Shown piece after piece: positions 1-13,756 of a stretch of DNA of 64,000 nucleotides (the first letter of the stretch is position 1; every line of letters begins with the position of its first letter). The notes below the pieces were generated by a model. The model was given only the letters and a program-made list of their open reading frames with translations. It was not told where the DNA came from and ran no database searches. A program made the translations under genes and the position numbers. Source of the DNA: Octopus sinensis (Eukaryota); the NCBI RefSeq assembly GCF_006345805.1, contig NC_043011.1:67220464-67284463 (forward strand), written 5' to 3'.

Positions 1-890
1 AAAAATTGAAATATTATAAAAAGATACTTAGTCGTGAATGATATAAAGTTAAATTATACACCCCGCAAGAAATAGTAAATGACAAACAGGAACGTACAAT
101 AGTACACAAAACTTACTCAGTGGAAGCAGGAAATGTGAACATAATGTCGACAAAGCAGATACAGAAAGCCAGAGGAGCCAAACGATAGAGATACGTTTAG
201 AGAGGCAGAGATAGCGAGGAAGCATTCTGCAACCCCGGTGAAAAGAGAAGTGGTATTTATACCCCAACACCTTGGAAGGCATGCTTCCAGGATTAGGGTG
301 GAAGATATACCACCGGAAGTTGATGTAACCTGGATAGCAGCCGCTGTCTTACTCGGAAATGAGGAAAAGAGAGCGGTTCTTCAGGCCACGAAGACAGGAA
401 GTAGACACTGGAAAGGTCAGACACTGGATATGATTATCCAGGGGTTGAGAGAAACTAGCGAAAACATGACAGAATCGGTTACATTGGGTGATTTCATAAT
501 GAGGGTTAGGATGGAGGGCAGGACCCCTCGATGTGGTCTGAAAGGTCACCTTAGAGCAGACTGCCCTTCGCCGTCCAGAATGTCAGAAGAACAAATGAGG
601 AAGGATGAGGTAATACCACCAACAGCAACGAAAGAAATAAGAAAACGAAAACGACAGTGAATGGGAGAAAACGGGAAAGAGAGAAAAAGAAAAAAGCAAG
701 TCAAATGGACACAGACCCCCGCCCCATCCCAGAACCACCCAAGATCCACTCATACCCTCTTCGTCCCAGCCTCACCTTACAGACACCAAAACTCCTCACT
801 CCCCTCTGACAAAAAAGAACATGTTCAGACAAAAAGCCCAAACTTCCCCTCCTCCGGCAAAAGGAAAAAGCAATTATGTATGATGATTCG
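1..890 (+). pseudogene. Decayed gag-like ORF1 of an L1/Tx1-type non-LTR retrotransposon (5' part outside the window)
   Basis: ORF 238..660 (RIRVEDIPPEVDVTWI ... EGRTPRCGLKGHLRADC) aligns by eye with ORF1 at 29879..30244 (KAWICGLPPDIEPEWI ... EGRAPKCHRCLESGHIKKNC). The upstream frame ERTIVHKTYS matches DRTVVLRTYS. The knuckle has lost one Cys. No ORF2 follows; it ends at (TA)n. Confidence 0.8.
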
Positions 891-942
891 AACAAGGAAC
901 TTTATGAAGAGATGCAGACATAGCCAGATTTTATATATATAT

Positions 943-967
<25 letters not shown>

Positions 968-977
<10 letters not shown>

Positions 978-1175
978 TCTTTAATTTGCTTCAGTTATGA
1001 AACTACGATAATGCTAGGACACTGCTTAGAAGGGTTTAATTGAAGAAATCGACCCCATTAATTATCTTTCTTTCAGCTTCTAAATTATTCTGTAGTCGTC
1101 TTTTTGCCGGACCCTAACTTACGGGGACCGAAAGAAGCCAGCACCGTTTGCAAGTGATGTTTGGACAAATTCAAG
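968..1175 (-). mobile_element. Diverged tRNA-derived SINE, family A (body and tail)
   Basis: Degenerate match to the family A copies at 27303..27703 and 28610..29015. Confidence 0.7.
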
Positions 1176-1705
1176 AATTCATTTATTCGATTAAATGAAA
1201 TTAATCAATTAATGTCTGTTATTTCACAGACATGTGTGTCCTTAATGCAATTTTCAAACCGAAACAGGTTTTCAATACACTTTCCGGGTTACCATTTACC
1301 GCATTAAACTGGAAATGATTAAATTCACCGACTCCTATGCTAGAGAATAGTTGGTTAAGTTTGTGTTAGAGTAGATTGAACCCGGCACGCGAAAAGTTCG
1401 AAGTGAGAATATTAAACACACAAACATACATGACTAAGATTTCTACTTACAAGTGGAACGCATTCAATCACTGATTTGATCATCAGAATTAATCCTGTCC
1501 GCTAAGCACGACTTTCTGTTGTTATCTTCTCTCCGCACATTACATGTATTTTCGTTAACTGTTAATCTCGTGAACCTAAATATATTTCTATTGTATAGTA
1601 TGCTACGTGCCCACTCATACACATACACCAATGATGTGTGGAAACATCTGTAGTCTATTGAATTCAATGTGGGAACTATTTGAACTCATTCATTTATCAA
1701 CTAAA

Positions 1706-1985
1706 CTAGGCGGCGAGCTGGCAGAATCGTTAGCACGCCGGTCAAAATATCTAGCAGTATTTCGTCCGTTGCTACGTTCCTAGTTGAGTGAAGGTGGTGA
1801 GCAGACGAAATGCTCTGCCTCATTTCTACCGTCTTTTTAATCTGAGTTCAAATTACGCTGAGGTCTACGTTGCCTTATTTCATTTCGGGGACGATAAGAT
1901 AAATACCAGTTAAGCATTGATGCCGATGTAATCGACTTAAACCTTCCCACAAGATTGCTAGGCATGAACCGAAAATTGAAACCAA
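1706..1985 (+). mobile_element. tRNA-derived SINE, family B
   Basis: Head GGCGGCGAGCTGGCAGAATCGTTAGC, B-box-like GAGTTCAAATT, and central GCCTT..TTCGGGG.CGATAA..AAATACCAG. Related copies at 36560 and 37822. Confidence 0.75.
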
Positions 1986-4559
1986 TATTATCTCTTTAAT
2001 GAAAAAGTAATTTTTAACCACACTCGATGTTTTGTATGAAGGATCCATTTCCTTCCAGAAGTTAAAAACTAGCAACAATATGAATCGAATTGGAACTTAT
2101 CCATGTATTAAGTTCGTAGCGCCCTCTATATGGTTCTTACATATAATTGAGTCCGCCGATGGGTGAGGTTAAACCGAAAATAACGTTGATTAATGATTTT
2201 CAATCCAGTACTTAAATTACTCTCTTCGTATATACGATGGTTTATTTCACTAGAAGTATCTATGCAATCTCAAGTATTTAAATATGTCTTCGTATAATAA
2301 AGTTTTTGCTTCTATCGTAAATAGTTCAGTTCACAATCGTTTAAATATGCCATCAAGATTTCCCTTACAGTGGAATGCACTACGACTTACGTTTGCCTTC
2401 AGCATAATGATCGTTCAAATCTAACAACCTTTTGTAAACACCTGACAGCGACAAAAGTGTGCTCTGGCATGAAATAAGTTTGTGCTGAAATTCGATTCAA
2501 AGCTTAATGTCGAATCGATACAATACAGACTTCTGGAAACTTATTTCAATCATTGTTTATTGTTCACTCGATATTTTGTTTCATTTCATGGTTTTTGTTG
2601 ATTTTTTTGTCTTTCTTAAATTTCTTTTAGACTTACGTGACTTTGATGTTATCCAAAGTTGAATGTAAACTTCGATACGTGTCGCTGTTTTACAGTGTAT
2701 TACATTCAATATTGTACGATTCCCTCAAAACCTCAAGACCCAAAGAAACAAAAATGAAAAGCGAATATTATTTCTGGTATTTAAAACAGAGGTAGTCCAT
2801 GTCGTTTCTAGAGATTGTGCGACTAGGCGTCATTGGTTCGATTTCTTTCATAGCCGCTCTGTGATGGCCATCACCAAAACACGGACAGATTGTTAGTCAG
2901 TGCGACTGTATACAAAGACTACGTTTTTTTCTAGAATTTCTCTCATTCCCAACCAATGACTCTATCGGCTAGGTCAGCTTTTCAACTTGTAAACCGTCCT
3001 TTGAAAACCGCTGGGCTTATGTATATCGGTATATATGTATGTATATATGTATGTATATATGAATGTATATATGTATGTATATATGTATGTATATACGTAT
3101 GTATATATGTATATATATATGTATGTATATATAGTTCTTGAAGAGACGAATGTCAAGCAGAGAGCTTGCTCTGCTTCAGCTGTAAAACTTGTCAATACCA
3201 TTCATATCACCATTTGTCGAAAAAGCGTGTAAATTTAGAACAGAAGGGAATAAAAAAAACAAAAATACATCAACCTTCGGTTTGACTCGGCATGAATAGT
3301 CAAAATGAAAGGGAGATTGGTCTCACTTTTTAGTATTTGGATCCAGAAACTTCTTTTAAAAAGGCTGATATGATTGAACTGATGTTAATCAGAATTATGG
3401 CTGGATTTCGATTATAATAGCATGCTAACAATATGTATTTTACAAATTAATTTGAAATTAAAAAGCGAAAAAATATAAATCATTTGTATATACATTTGTA
3501 TATACATTAATCTGGAGTCCGAACGAAGTGTTGTTGTTTGTTTGATGCTTACTGCATCTTTTGAACTTCGAAAAACATGATTAAATATTTACCACAAAGA
3601 TATTGCAGTGTTCTGAACATTGAAGAACGTAGTTGACAAAGACATCGTTGTTATTGACTGTTTAAGAAAAAAGGAAAAAATAATGGAAAACAAGGAAAAT
3701 CTATACATCCACGACTGGAATATCTCCTAATTATAGGACTGGTTGGCTATACCAGCCCTGGTGTTAAAAAGCAGCATAAAATATACAGTGTGCTCATAAA
3801 TTTGAAATGGTGCGACAGTTTCTGTTGAAATTGTTTTACCGATTTTAGTGTTTGAGTAACTTCACTGCTAAATTATCATTTCTTACTTTGAGTGTATGTG
3901 CGTACATATAGACATACATAAATATCTACCCATATGGGTAGATATTTATGTATATATGCGTGTATGTGTGTGTGTGTGTGTGTGTGTGCGTATGTTTGAT
4001 GCACACAAGGCAGTGCTCCCAAATGGTGTGCAGTTCAATGGCTGAAACAAGAAAAAGATAGAAAATAATATATATATATACATGTACACATGTGTTTGTA
4101 TGTGAGAGTGCAGAGAATATTTGTTTTCCATGTCACTTACGTGCCTAGATCTGATGGCTGGGCGGTCACATGCAGCTACATGTCACAGGATTCCACCTTT
4201 CTTGGACATGTGGAATTATTGTTATAATCTTGAGAACCTTCGATTCCTGAGAATATTTCTTCCTTTTTGTTTTTGCTAGCCCTGAATACAAATGACCGAG
4301 CCACATTCTAGAAACTGATATCTCTGAATCTCTCTAGTAGTCGGTTGAAGTCATGAACCTGACGTTGCTTTTCACTTCTTGTATTGGGTGGGAGTATGCC
4401 ATCTTAATATGTTAATGCGCTCGGTGTATCCGTACAAGAAAATGAAATACTTAAAATTTGGTTTAGGACACGTAAATTAACTTTATCCCATCTTCCATAA
4501 ATACCCGGCGTAGCCACGTAATATGATGTGGGACAGAATGCCTAAGAATTGCTGTGGTA

Positions 4560-4880
4560 ACAAATCCTTGATAACTGGAAGTGAAAAAGCGTTCCTGTAA
4601 TTATAGCTGAATGTGATTAGAGTTGATGCGATGAACATATCCAACTTTAAGGTTAGGCAAAGGGGCCTGCGACTATCTGGTCACTATGTGCGCCTCCATT
4701 GGGGAATCCACTTCATGGTGATGTAAGAAGAAGAAAATATCTCACATTTACATTGATATATTGATTGCAAACATTGGCCTGCGATGTATTCGGGACATCA
4801 AAGCAGTGATGATGGACCGAGAGGAGTGGCGGATAGACTTTTCTGCAGCGGCCCGGATTGGAACCCGGCCATAATAATAA
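4560..4880 (+). mobile_element. RTE-clade LINE 3' end remnant
   Basis: Frameshifted translation resembles the RTE C-terminus (LSGHY..PLHGD..TSKQ..MDREEWR), followed by a short (TAA)n tail at about 4870. Confidence 0.6.
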
Positions 4881-5499
4881 AATTAGATATGAAAATTAAA
4901 TGCACTAAGTTTACCTATGATGTTTCTGAAGCGTGTACATTTTCAGTCATATACTATAATATTTTCAAAGAATCACGAAAGAAATCTTCCTTCCTTGAAT
5001 ATGTCTTTGTATATTTTCTTCAATGATTATCCGACACTTTAAGCATAAACATTTCAGCGAGGGAATAGTTGTCAAATCTCCATCTAAATGCATCTAGTTA
5101 CTTCAAAATTCAAAGAACATATTAAATAATGCATTCTTAAGATATCTTATATCACTGAAAAAGAGATTACGAAGTCCAATTATTTATCATTCGCTAAATG
5201 CTAACCTAGCCGAACGAACAGCTCTAAGAACATCGACGATAAACCATGGCACTTATACAAACTACGGATCATGAGATAATAAAGCTTACGTATCTATTTG
5301 AACATTTTTATGCGGAGATTATTCGTCTCCTTCATCACAAGAATTCAATTAAATTCTCTATAATTAACGGCAAACATTAAACGCACCTAAGACTTTGACT
5401 TGTATAAATATAACGTGTGTGTGTGGTGTCTGTGTGTGTTCTTGTATATGCTTGTGTGAATGTGTGTGCGTGTCTGTCTGTATATATATACATACATAC

Positions 5500-5738
<239 letters not shown>

Positions 5739-5974
5739 GTTAGATACAGGCGTTCAGACGTCTGCTTACAGACACGGTTCTATACTATATTTCTTTATTT
5801 TTATTCAAACACCAACTAATTCTTCAATCGCAGAATAGTTTAATGAATGTTCTTACTTTTATTTGGAACTGGTAATGGCGGTCCGAGTTACTTGTAAATG
5901 ATATAATATACACAGCAAGTACGTATGCAAAAGATTGCATGTATTAACAAGATAACAATGGCTGGTGCTACGAT

Positions 5975-5980
5975 CATTAC

Positions 5981-6022
<42 letters not shown>

Positions 6023-9000
6023 CATTACTTTTTTTTTTCTTCTGTCAAATTTGCTTCCATTGCTTGCCGAGTGTCTTCCCGACTCCTAGGGCAAAGAAAC
6101 TCATAGTATACATTGGTAGGCCATTAAACCAAACTCAGTAGATCGTTCATTCTTTTATTATTTTTTTTTTTAAGTTAAATTAAAATACATGAGCAGCGAC
6201 AGTTCTCACATCGACAATGCTCTTCTCAATACGTGTGATGTACCAGTTAAGACAATCTTTTGCACTTCTTGCAGGGATGGTAAGCCAGGGATCATTCTCA
6301 TATAATTTTCGGTTCCCTTCTTGATCATTCCTAGTGCTCCTACGATCACTGGTATTGTAACCGCCTTGAGATGCCACATTTTCTCAATTTCAAAGAGTAG
6401 GTCTTTATATTTTCTGAGCTTGTCAAACCCTTTCGCCGAGATATTATGATCACAGGGGATGCTCATGTCGATCAATAAGCAAACTTTTTTGTTTTGGTCT
6501 TTCACAACAATATCCGGTTTATTGGCTTTGATGGTTCGGTCTGTATGTACTGGAAAGTCCCACAGAATCCTTACATTTTCTCCTTCAGTTACAGCCTCAG
6601 GGTGGTGATTATACCACTTGTCGGCAGTTTTGATTTTGTAATGCCGACTTATTAGCCAGTGTAGATATTGGCCAACTCTGTCATGTCTTAATTTATACTC
6701 CACTGGTGCTAAGACTTTACATCCAGAGATTAGGTGGTCCACTGTTTCAATCATGTCGTTGCAGAATCGGCATTTTGGGTCTGCTCCGTTTTTTATCACA
6801 TTGGCCTGGTAGTTCCGGGTTAATAGGATTTGATCTTGAGCAGCCAGGATGAAACCTTCGCTCTCTGCTTTTAGCCCTGAGCTCCGTAGCCACTGATGGG
6901 TTTGCTTCTGGTGAACATCAGCTTGTTTGCTACGGGTCACATATTTGCCGTGCAGAGGTTTCTCCTCCCATCTATCAGCCAATTGCTCGTGCGCTTTTTT
7001 CATTGCCATCATTTTCACCTTCTTTGCAACAAAAGTTGCCGTACTTCCGTCGGGTTGTTCAGTTTGGGTATCCTGCACGAGATCAATAGCAAATTTTTTG
7101 CTTTGCTTTATGATAGAATGAAGCTTCTTTCGTCTCTCGTGATTTTCCACGAGCTTTAGCATCCAGTCATTCGATATTTCGAGATATTTGGCCAGTCCAA
7201 TTGTGGTTGTTTTGTAAGCTAGTTCAAATTGGATCAGGCCTCGACCTCCTTGGGCTCTGGGAAGGTAAAGGCGATCTACGTCTGCCTTTGGGTGGTGCAT
7301 CCTATTACAACTCAGCAGCTTGCGTATTTTTCTATCTATATTCTTTACTTCACTGATATTCCAGTTCAACACATTGTAGCTATAAGTAACAACTGGAACT
7401 GCTAAGGAATTTATAGCTAACACCTTGTTACGTGCATTTAGTTCAGATTTCAGGACTGCATGAACTCTCCTATAACATTCCTTCCTGATTTTCTCTTTCA
7501 TGCTTGCATGCTGAATACCAGAGCCTTCATTTATCCCTAAATATTTGTATGTTTGTTCTTGCTCAAGCTCTCTTATGACTGTGTCAACATCTAACACGAC
7601 TGAATTTGTGGTCTTCACTTTCCCTTTCTGGAAAGTGGCATCGGCACACTTCTCAAGTCCAAACTCCATCCCGATGTCATCGCTGAATGCTTTCACGGTG
7701 CGCAATAGGCCTTCAAGTTCATTATTGTCTTTACCATAAAGTTTTAAGTCATCCATATAAAATAGATGGCTTATTTTTTTATTGACAATTTTATACCCAT
7801 ACCCTGTTCTGTTTAATTCACTTGTAAGGGGTATTAGGGCTATGCAGAATATTAAAGGTGAAAGTGAGTCACCTTGAAAAATTCCACAGTTGATGTTTAT
7901 ATTTTCTGAGGCAAGTACTCCATTAGAGTGGTATAATTGGTGATTCGTATTCCACAACGGCATATTGTGCTTCAGGAAGTTTGAAATCACAGGGGAAATT
8001 TTGATGATGTCCAGCGATCACAAGATCCATGGATGCGGTATACTGTCGAAGGCCTTTTTGTAGTCAATCCATGCGGTGCTGAGATTTCTGCGCTTGTTGT
8101 GACAGTTCTCAAGGATCATAGGATTGATTAGCAGTTGATCTTTGCATCCGTAAGAGCCTCGGCGGCACCCTTTTTGTTCAATGGGGAAAATATCGTTCTT
8201 CTCCATGAATGCATGTTTTCTCCGCCAGGATAGATGCTAGGATTTTATACGTGGTGGATAGACAGGTTATAGGCCGATAGTTTTTTGGAAGGTTGGTTTC
8301 GTTATTCTTTGGGAGTAGGTAAGTAATACCACTTGCTAACCATTCAGGTGTTTTCTTTGGATCTCTCATAATTCCATTGAGCAGCTGAACTAGCTTACCG
8401 TGTGCGCATGGGAGCGATGCGAGCCAGAAATTCGGCACCCTATCTTTACCGGGGGATTTCCAATTATGGGCCTTCGTGAGTGCCTTTCTTAGGTCTGCTA
8501 TTGTGATGTCTTCCCATGCTTGTTGTAAATTTTGGTAGGATCCTTCAGTTTGTATAATCCAGTCTGCATTTATGTTGTACGTCTTCTTGTCACTCCAAAT
8601 CCTTTTCCAAAAGTTTTGAACTTCTTCCATGGGAGGGGGGTCTTTAACGGTCACTTTCTCCTTCCCTATTTCTCTGTAGAATTTTTTGGCTTTGGATGTG
8701 AACAGCTTATTTTGCTTGTAAAACTTGTTTCTCTTCTCAAGTCTTCGTATTCTTTGGGCTTTTGCTTGGACTTTTTGTTTCAGCGTTTCTCTTATTGATA
8801 TCAGTTCTTCTCTTGGTGAGGATCCAAATTTTCTCTTCATCTTTCTTCCTGTTCTGGATCTTACATCATTTCCACATATTAGTTCATTTAATATTGATAT
8901 TTCCCCTCTCATAAATTCAATCTCTTTTTCAATTTTACTTCTCCAGGTTTGATTTCTTCCCAGGTTTTGTTTTCTTTGTTTTTTCGGGGGCATACAGCTG

Positions 9001-10015
9001 GTTTCAATTGCCCTAGCAGAAGCGTAAATAATTTCATTTAACTCAGTTAAATCAGGTTTTAATTCTCGTATTATTTCATTTGTTACATAGTAGCCAATTT
9101 GGATTTGTTTTTTATTTTGGTTTGTATTTGAGAGTTTATGAAGTGGTTCTCTATCATTCATACTTGTATGTCTTACAACTTCAAGCGTATTCAGGATTTT
9201 CTGCCTAATTTCTGCCATAGACTCTCTGTGTTCTTCAGCAAATGCGAGATCTTCAGTTACTGTTGTTTTTTCGTTTTCCTGGCTATCTTTAACAGGTACA
9301 ACTTCAAGCGTATTCAGGATTTTCTGCCTCATTTCTGCCATAGACTCTCTGTGTTCTTCAGCAAATGCGAGATCTTCAGTTACTGTTGTTTTTTCGTTTT
9401 CCTGGCTATCTTTAACAGGTACAATAGAATTTCTTGTATCTTCAGGCCTTTGCGTACTTTGGTCAGATGGCAGTCTTTCAATTAAGCCTCGTGGCGGGCT
9501 ATACTGTTCATCTGATTCTTCATTTCCTTTGTGTCTTATATTTATGTCATTTTCCGTTGCGTGCTTGATCGCGCTTATTTCACTGTCTGTGAGTCTGTTA
9601 TTTCTAAGGATATCCCTCCTCACATTTGCTAATTTGTTCTCGTCCAAATAGCGCCTACTGTCTTGATTCCGTGTTCTCCATATACTGTAAGAGTTTGCAG
9701 TGTGTATCTGTTGAGATGGCCTACCTAATGCATAGTAATAAGCGTATATTAGTTCTTTATACTCTTCTCGGGTCCATTTGTTCCGCTTACATTTTTCTTT
9801 CTGTGGTGGTTGTGGTGGTGAACTTGGAGGGCTCGAGTTGGGGGATTTCCCGTTCAAGTGACCATCCATGTCCGTATTCGGAGGAGAGTTTGTGCCAGTT
9901 GATGACTTTTCGATCCCAGGCTGGCTCTTCCCTGGGAGACGCGCTTCCAGATTAACCATAGGACAAGCGATTTGGTATACTGATTTAGTTTTCCTTTTAG
10001 TTTCCAAAAACATTT
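5975..10015 (-). mobile_element. Near full-length R4/Dong-clade non-LTR retrotransposon (RT plus restriction-like endonuclease)
   Basis: ORF pieces 10013..8178, 8206..8018 and 7990..6206. Motifs: [96 protein letters not shown]. One frameshift (about 8200) and one in-frame TGA (8018). The 3' UTR ends in a poly-A then (TAA)n. Confidence 0.93.
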
Positions 10016-10322
10016 TGGTGCTACGATAATGTTATCATTTTTTAGCTTTGATTGGCTCGTGGGGAGACGGCCATCATTGCTGAGTTGGGTGGCTGAGTGA
10101 CTTCAACACCAGAGTTCTTGCCTGTCAAATAATACTTTATTTGTGTTGGTTGAACTATTTGAGTGTGTGTGTGTGTAGATAGATAAGTTTCTTTGTGTGT
10201 AGATAGATAGATAGATTATCAGCACTATTACTATCATTATTATCATCATCACCACCATCACCATCAGTGATATTGTTTTTTTTTGTTTTTTTTAGGTGGG
10301 GTCCTATCGGTCAAAATTATTA

Positions 10323-10364
<42 letters not shown>

Positions 10365-10369
<5 letters not shown>

Positions 10370-10552
10370 TAGTTTTATTTTTATAGCGTGCTTTCACTTC
10401 ACTACCGAGCGCAGCTCTGTGTACCTTTGGTATGTGCTGTGATTTGTTGTGATGCTCTGATGGTTATTGTATGGAAAGTGTTTTGCGTAGGATGTGTGCA
10501 GTGACTAGTAGTGCAATTTTCTGTATGTTATATGTGTTTGTAAGTCCTGGTG

Positions 10553-10555
<3 letters not shown>
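10365..10555 (-). mobile_element. R4/Dong 3' end fragment, subfamily C
   Basis: Translates PGLTNTYNIQKIALLVTAHILRKTLSIQ*. The 3' UTR is nearly identical to 12827..13020. (ATT)n on both sides. Confidence 0.88.
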
Positions 10556-10589
<34 letters not shown>

Positions 10590-10602
10590 ATTATTATTAT
10601 TA

Positions 10603-12805
10603 TTCTATGTTTGACTTTTGCTTTATGTCTGTACAAGTTGGCTCCAAGTCTCACCCAGAGACCTCAAGAGACAATAGGTTGGAAGTTTACGTTGTTGTTA
10701 TGCCTAGTGTGCCATATATTTGGAATTTTTTTGTGTTGTACTAGTGGATGTCTAATACATAAAAAAAACTTTTGTTTTAAACCTTGGGATTACATAGAAA
10801 GTATTTTGCGTAGGATATGAGCAGTTCCCATGAGTACTATCTTTTGAATTTCTGCCAAGTTGGGGTTTCCTGGTATCTGCGTTAGGTAGCTATCAGCCCC
10901 TTTCGCTATCATTCCCAGGGCACCTATGACAACAGGTATTGTTTTCGTCTTCAGCTTCCACATTTTGCTGATTTCTATTTCAAGATCTTTATATTTGCTC
11001 AGTCTTTCGTAGGTCTTGACAGATACGTTTATATCGATTGGGACAGTCATATCGATGAGGAGGCATGTTCTTTGTCTGAAGTCTTTCAATATGATGTCTG
11101 GCCTATTTGTATCTATCTTTCTGTCAGTTTGAATGGTGAAGTTCCAGAGGAGTGAGATATGGTCATTTTCAAGCACTGGAGGTGGATTGTGTTCCCACCA
11201 GTTTTTTTCATGAGGCAAATCCAGGTTTTTGCAGATTACCCAGTAAATATATTGTGCAGCTCTATCATGCCTGTTGAGGTACTCTGTAGGCGCTAGAAGA
11301 CTGCATTTGGAGACAACATGATCAATGTTTTCATTTTGTTTTCGGCATACACGACATGTTGGGCTACTGCCGTTCTTTAATATATTGGCCTGGTAGTTTC
11401 TTGTTGGTAGGCATTGATCTTGAGCTGCTATGATAAACCCCTCTGTTTCAGATTTTAAGCCAGAGGCCATTAGCCATTGGCTTTGTCGATATCTGCATTA
11501 TTCGCTCTCTTTGGGTATTTGCCATAGAGAGGTTTTTCTTGCCGTTTATTATTGAGAATATCTAAGGCCGCAGTTTTGGCACGGGTTTTCATGCGCCTAG
11601 CTTTTTTTGTGCTTGTTTCTTGTATGTCTATCTCTATTTCCGAAATTGGTTGTATTTGGAATTCACTTAGATATTCCTTTGCCTGTTTTGTGACTGAGTA
11701 TGATGCTTTCTTTTTTTCATGTTTTGAGACAAGTTTTAACATCCAGTCCTCAGAGTTTTTCAGGTAGGTGTCTTGGCCAATTGTAGCAATCTTCATTGTT
11801 ATTGCCAGTTGCAAAAGACCACGGCCTCCCTCTTTTCTTGGCAGATAAAGTCGTTCTGTATCTGCCTTAGGGTGGTGCATTCTATGCATTGTCAACAGTT
11901 TTCTTATTTTTCTGTCGAGCTGACATATTTCAGTAATTGACTAGCTAACAATATTGAAACTGTAAGTCATGACTGGTATGGCTAATGCATTGATCGCTTC
12001 GATCCTGTTTCTCGCATTCAGCTCTGTCTTGAGTATTGCTCTCACTCTTCGATAGCATTCTCTTCTGATCCTTTTCTTCATCTCTGAATGCCTTATTCCG
12101 TTCCCTTCAATTACCCCTAGGTACTTGTAGCTCTCCGCTGGGTCTAGTTCTTTTATGACATTCTGCTGGTCAAGGTTAACGTTAGATGTTTCTGTCATTT
12201 TTCCTTTGATAAAGGTAGCTTTTGCACATTTATCGAGGCCGAATTCTATTCTGATGTCGTCACTGAATTGTTTGACTATCTCTAGTAAGCCCTTGAGTTG
12301 TTGGTCATTTTTTGCAAAAAGCTTTAAATCATCCATGTAAATGAGATGATTTATATTTTTATCAAATATTTTATACCCGTACTGCGCGTCATTGAGCAGC
12401 TTTGAGAGAAGTATTAAGGATAAACAAAAGAGGAGTGGTGACAGTGAGTCACCCTGGAAAATGCCACACGAAATGTTAACATCACCAGCATTTAAGGATT
12501 CATTGTCACTGTTCAGAGTTAGTGTGGTTCTCCATGATCTCATACTTACAGTCAAGACGTTTCGCAGAGTAGGTGCTATCTTATAAATTTCCAGGCATTT
12601 CCTAATCCAGCTATGTGGTAGGCTATCAAAAGCCTTTTTATAGTCTATCCAGGCTATTGATAAGTTTTTGTGTCGTTTGTGACAATCTTCTAAGATCATC
12701 TTATTGATGAGTAGTTGATCTTTACAGCCGTAGGATCCGCGTTTACATCCTTTCTGTTCATTAGGGAATATGCTGATGTCTGTTAAAAAACTATAGGTAT
12801 ATTCC
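10603..12805 (-). mobile_element. 5'-truncated R4/Dong element, subfamily B (RT and RLE)
   Basis: ORFs 12699..11941, 11895..11470 and 11470..10790 with [41 protein letters not shown] and KILSM*. (ATT)n flanks. Confidence 0.92.
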
Positions 12806-12826
12806 TATTACTATTATTTATTATTA

Positions 12827-13260
12827 TTCAGTAGTTTTATTTTTATAGCGTGCTTTCACTTCACTACCGAGCGCAGCTCTGTGTGCCTTGGGTATGTGCT
12901 GTGATTTGTTGTGATGCTCTGATGGTTATTGTATGGAAAGTGTTCTGTGTAGGATGTGTGCAGTGCCTAGTAGTGCAATTTTCTGTATGTTATATGTGTT
13001 TGTAAGTCCTGGTGTTTTTGTTATGTATTTGTCTGAATATTTTTTTTATCATGCCTAATGCACCTACTATGATAGGAATTGTTTCTGTTTTCAGATTCCA
13101 CATTCTAGTTACCTCTATTTCCAGGTCTTTGTATTTTGAGAGTTTCTCCATTTCTTTTAGAGACACGTTGTCATCTGCCGGTATTGATACATCAATTAGA
13201 AAGCATTTTTTTCTTCATGATCTCTGACAACTATATCTGGTCTGTTGGCCTTAATTTCTC
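12827..13260 (-). mobile_element. 5'-truncated R4/Dong element, subfamily C (RLE domain and 3' UTR)
   Basis: Translates EIKANRPDIVVRDHEEKKCFLIDVSIPADDNVSLKEMEKLSKYKDLEIEVTRMW. (ATT)n on both sides. Confidence 0.9.
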
Positions 13261-13756
13261 ATTATTATTATTATTATTATTTACTGTTGCTGTTGAGTAA
13301 AAGTCAAATGCATTGTCCAAGTATTCGTCATGATGGACATGATATTGTTACTTACATGAGCGAATATAAGGTTTCATACAACGACAATGTAGTTTCATTT
13401 AGGTTGAACGAATACGTACAGCATAACCTTGCTGAGAATTGGATCTAAACTGAGAACGGCGTTTGTACGCCAGTCAGTCTATCAGCTAGTGTGGTGAATG
13501 CAGGTATGGCTGCGTGGTTAAGCAGTTTGTTTCGCCGCTACCACATTGCTATTTCGCATTGGCAGCAATCCATGACAAGGGGGAAGTCCTCGTTCCATTT
13601 ACTCTATAACCAGAGCAAACCAAGCTTTTATAGCGAATAAAGTAGACACAAAGTGTGCAAAGGCCTTTGAAATAGATTATGTCTCTAATTCAAATGTCCA
13701 TCGTTATCATTTATTTGGTGGTACAGGTCTTTTGAATGATCAAACACATACTTGTT

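Noticed and set aside
1435-2385. Similar 30-nt motifs AGATTTC..CTTACA.GTGGAA.GCA at about 1438 and 2355
   Set aside because: Only two short gapped copies, which cannot be separated from chance in AT-rich DNA.
4134-4400. Strong minus-strand splice donor (GTAAGTG) and a WNPVTCSCM peptide
   Set aside because: All three frames stop within 60 nt upstream of the donor, there is no clear acceptor, and the peptide is too short to assign.
10040-10100. Possible HDV-like ribozyme upstream of the Dong ORF (TCCCCAC loop)
   Set aside because: No room for P2 and no GG for P1.1 or P4. It folds only as a simple hairpin.
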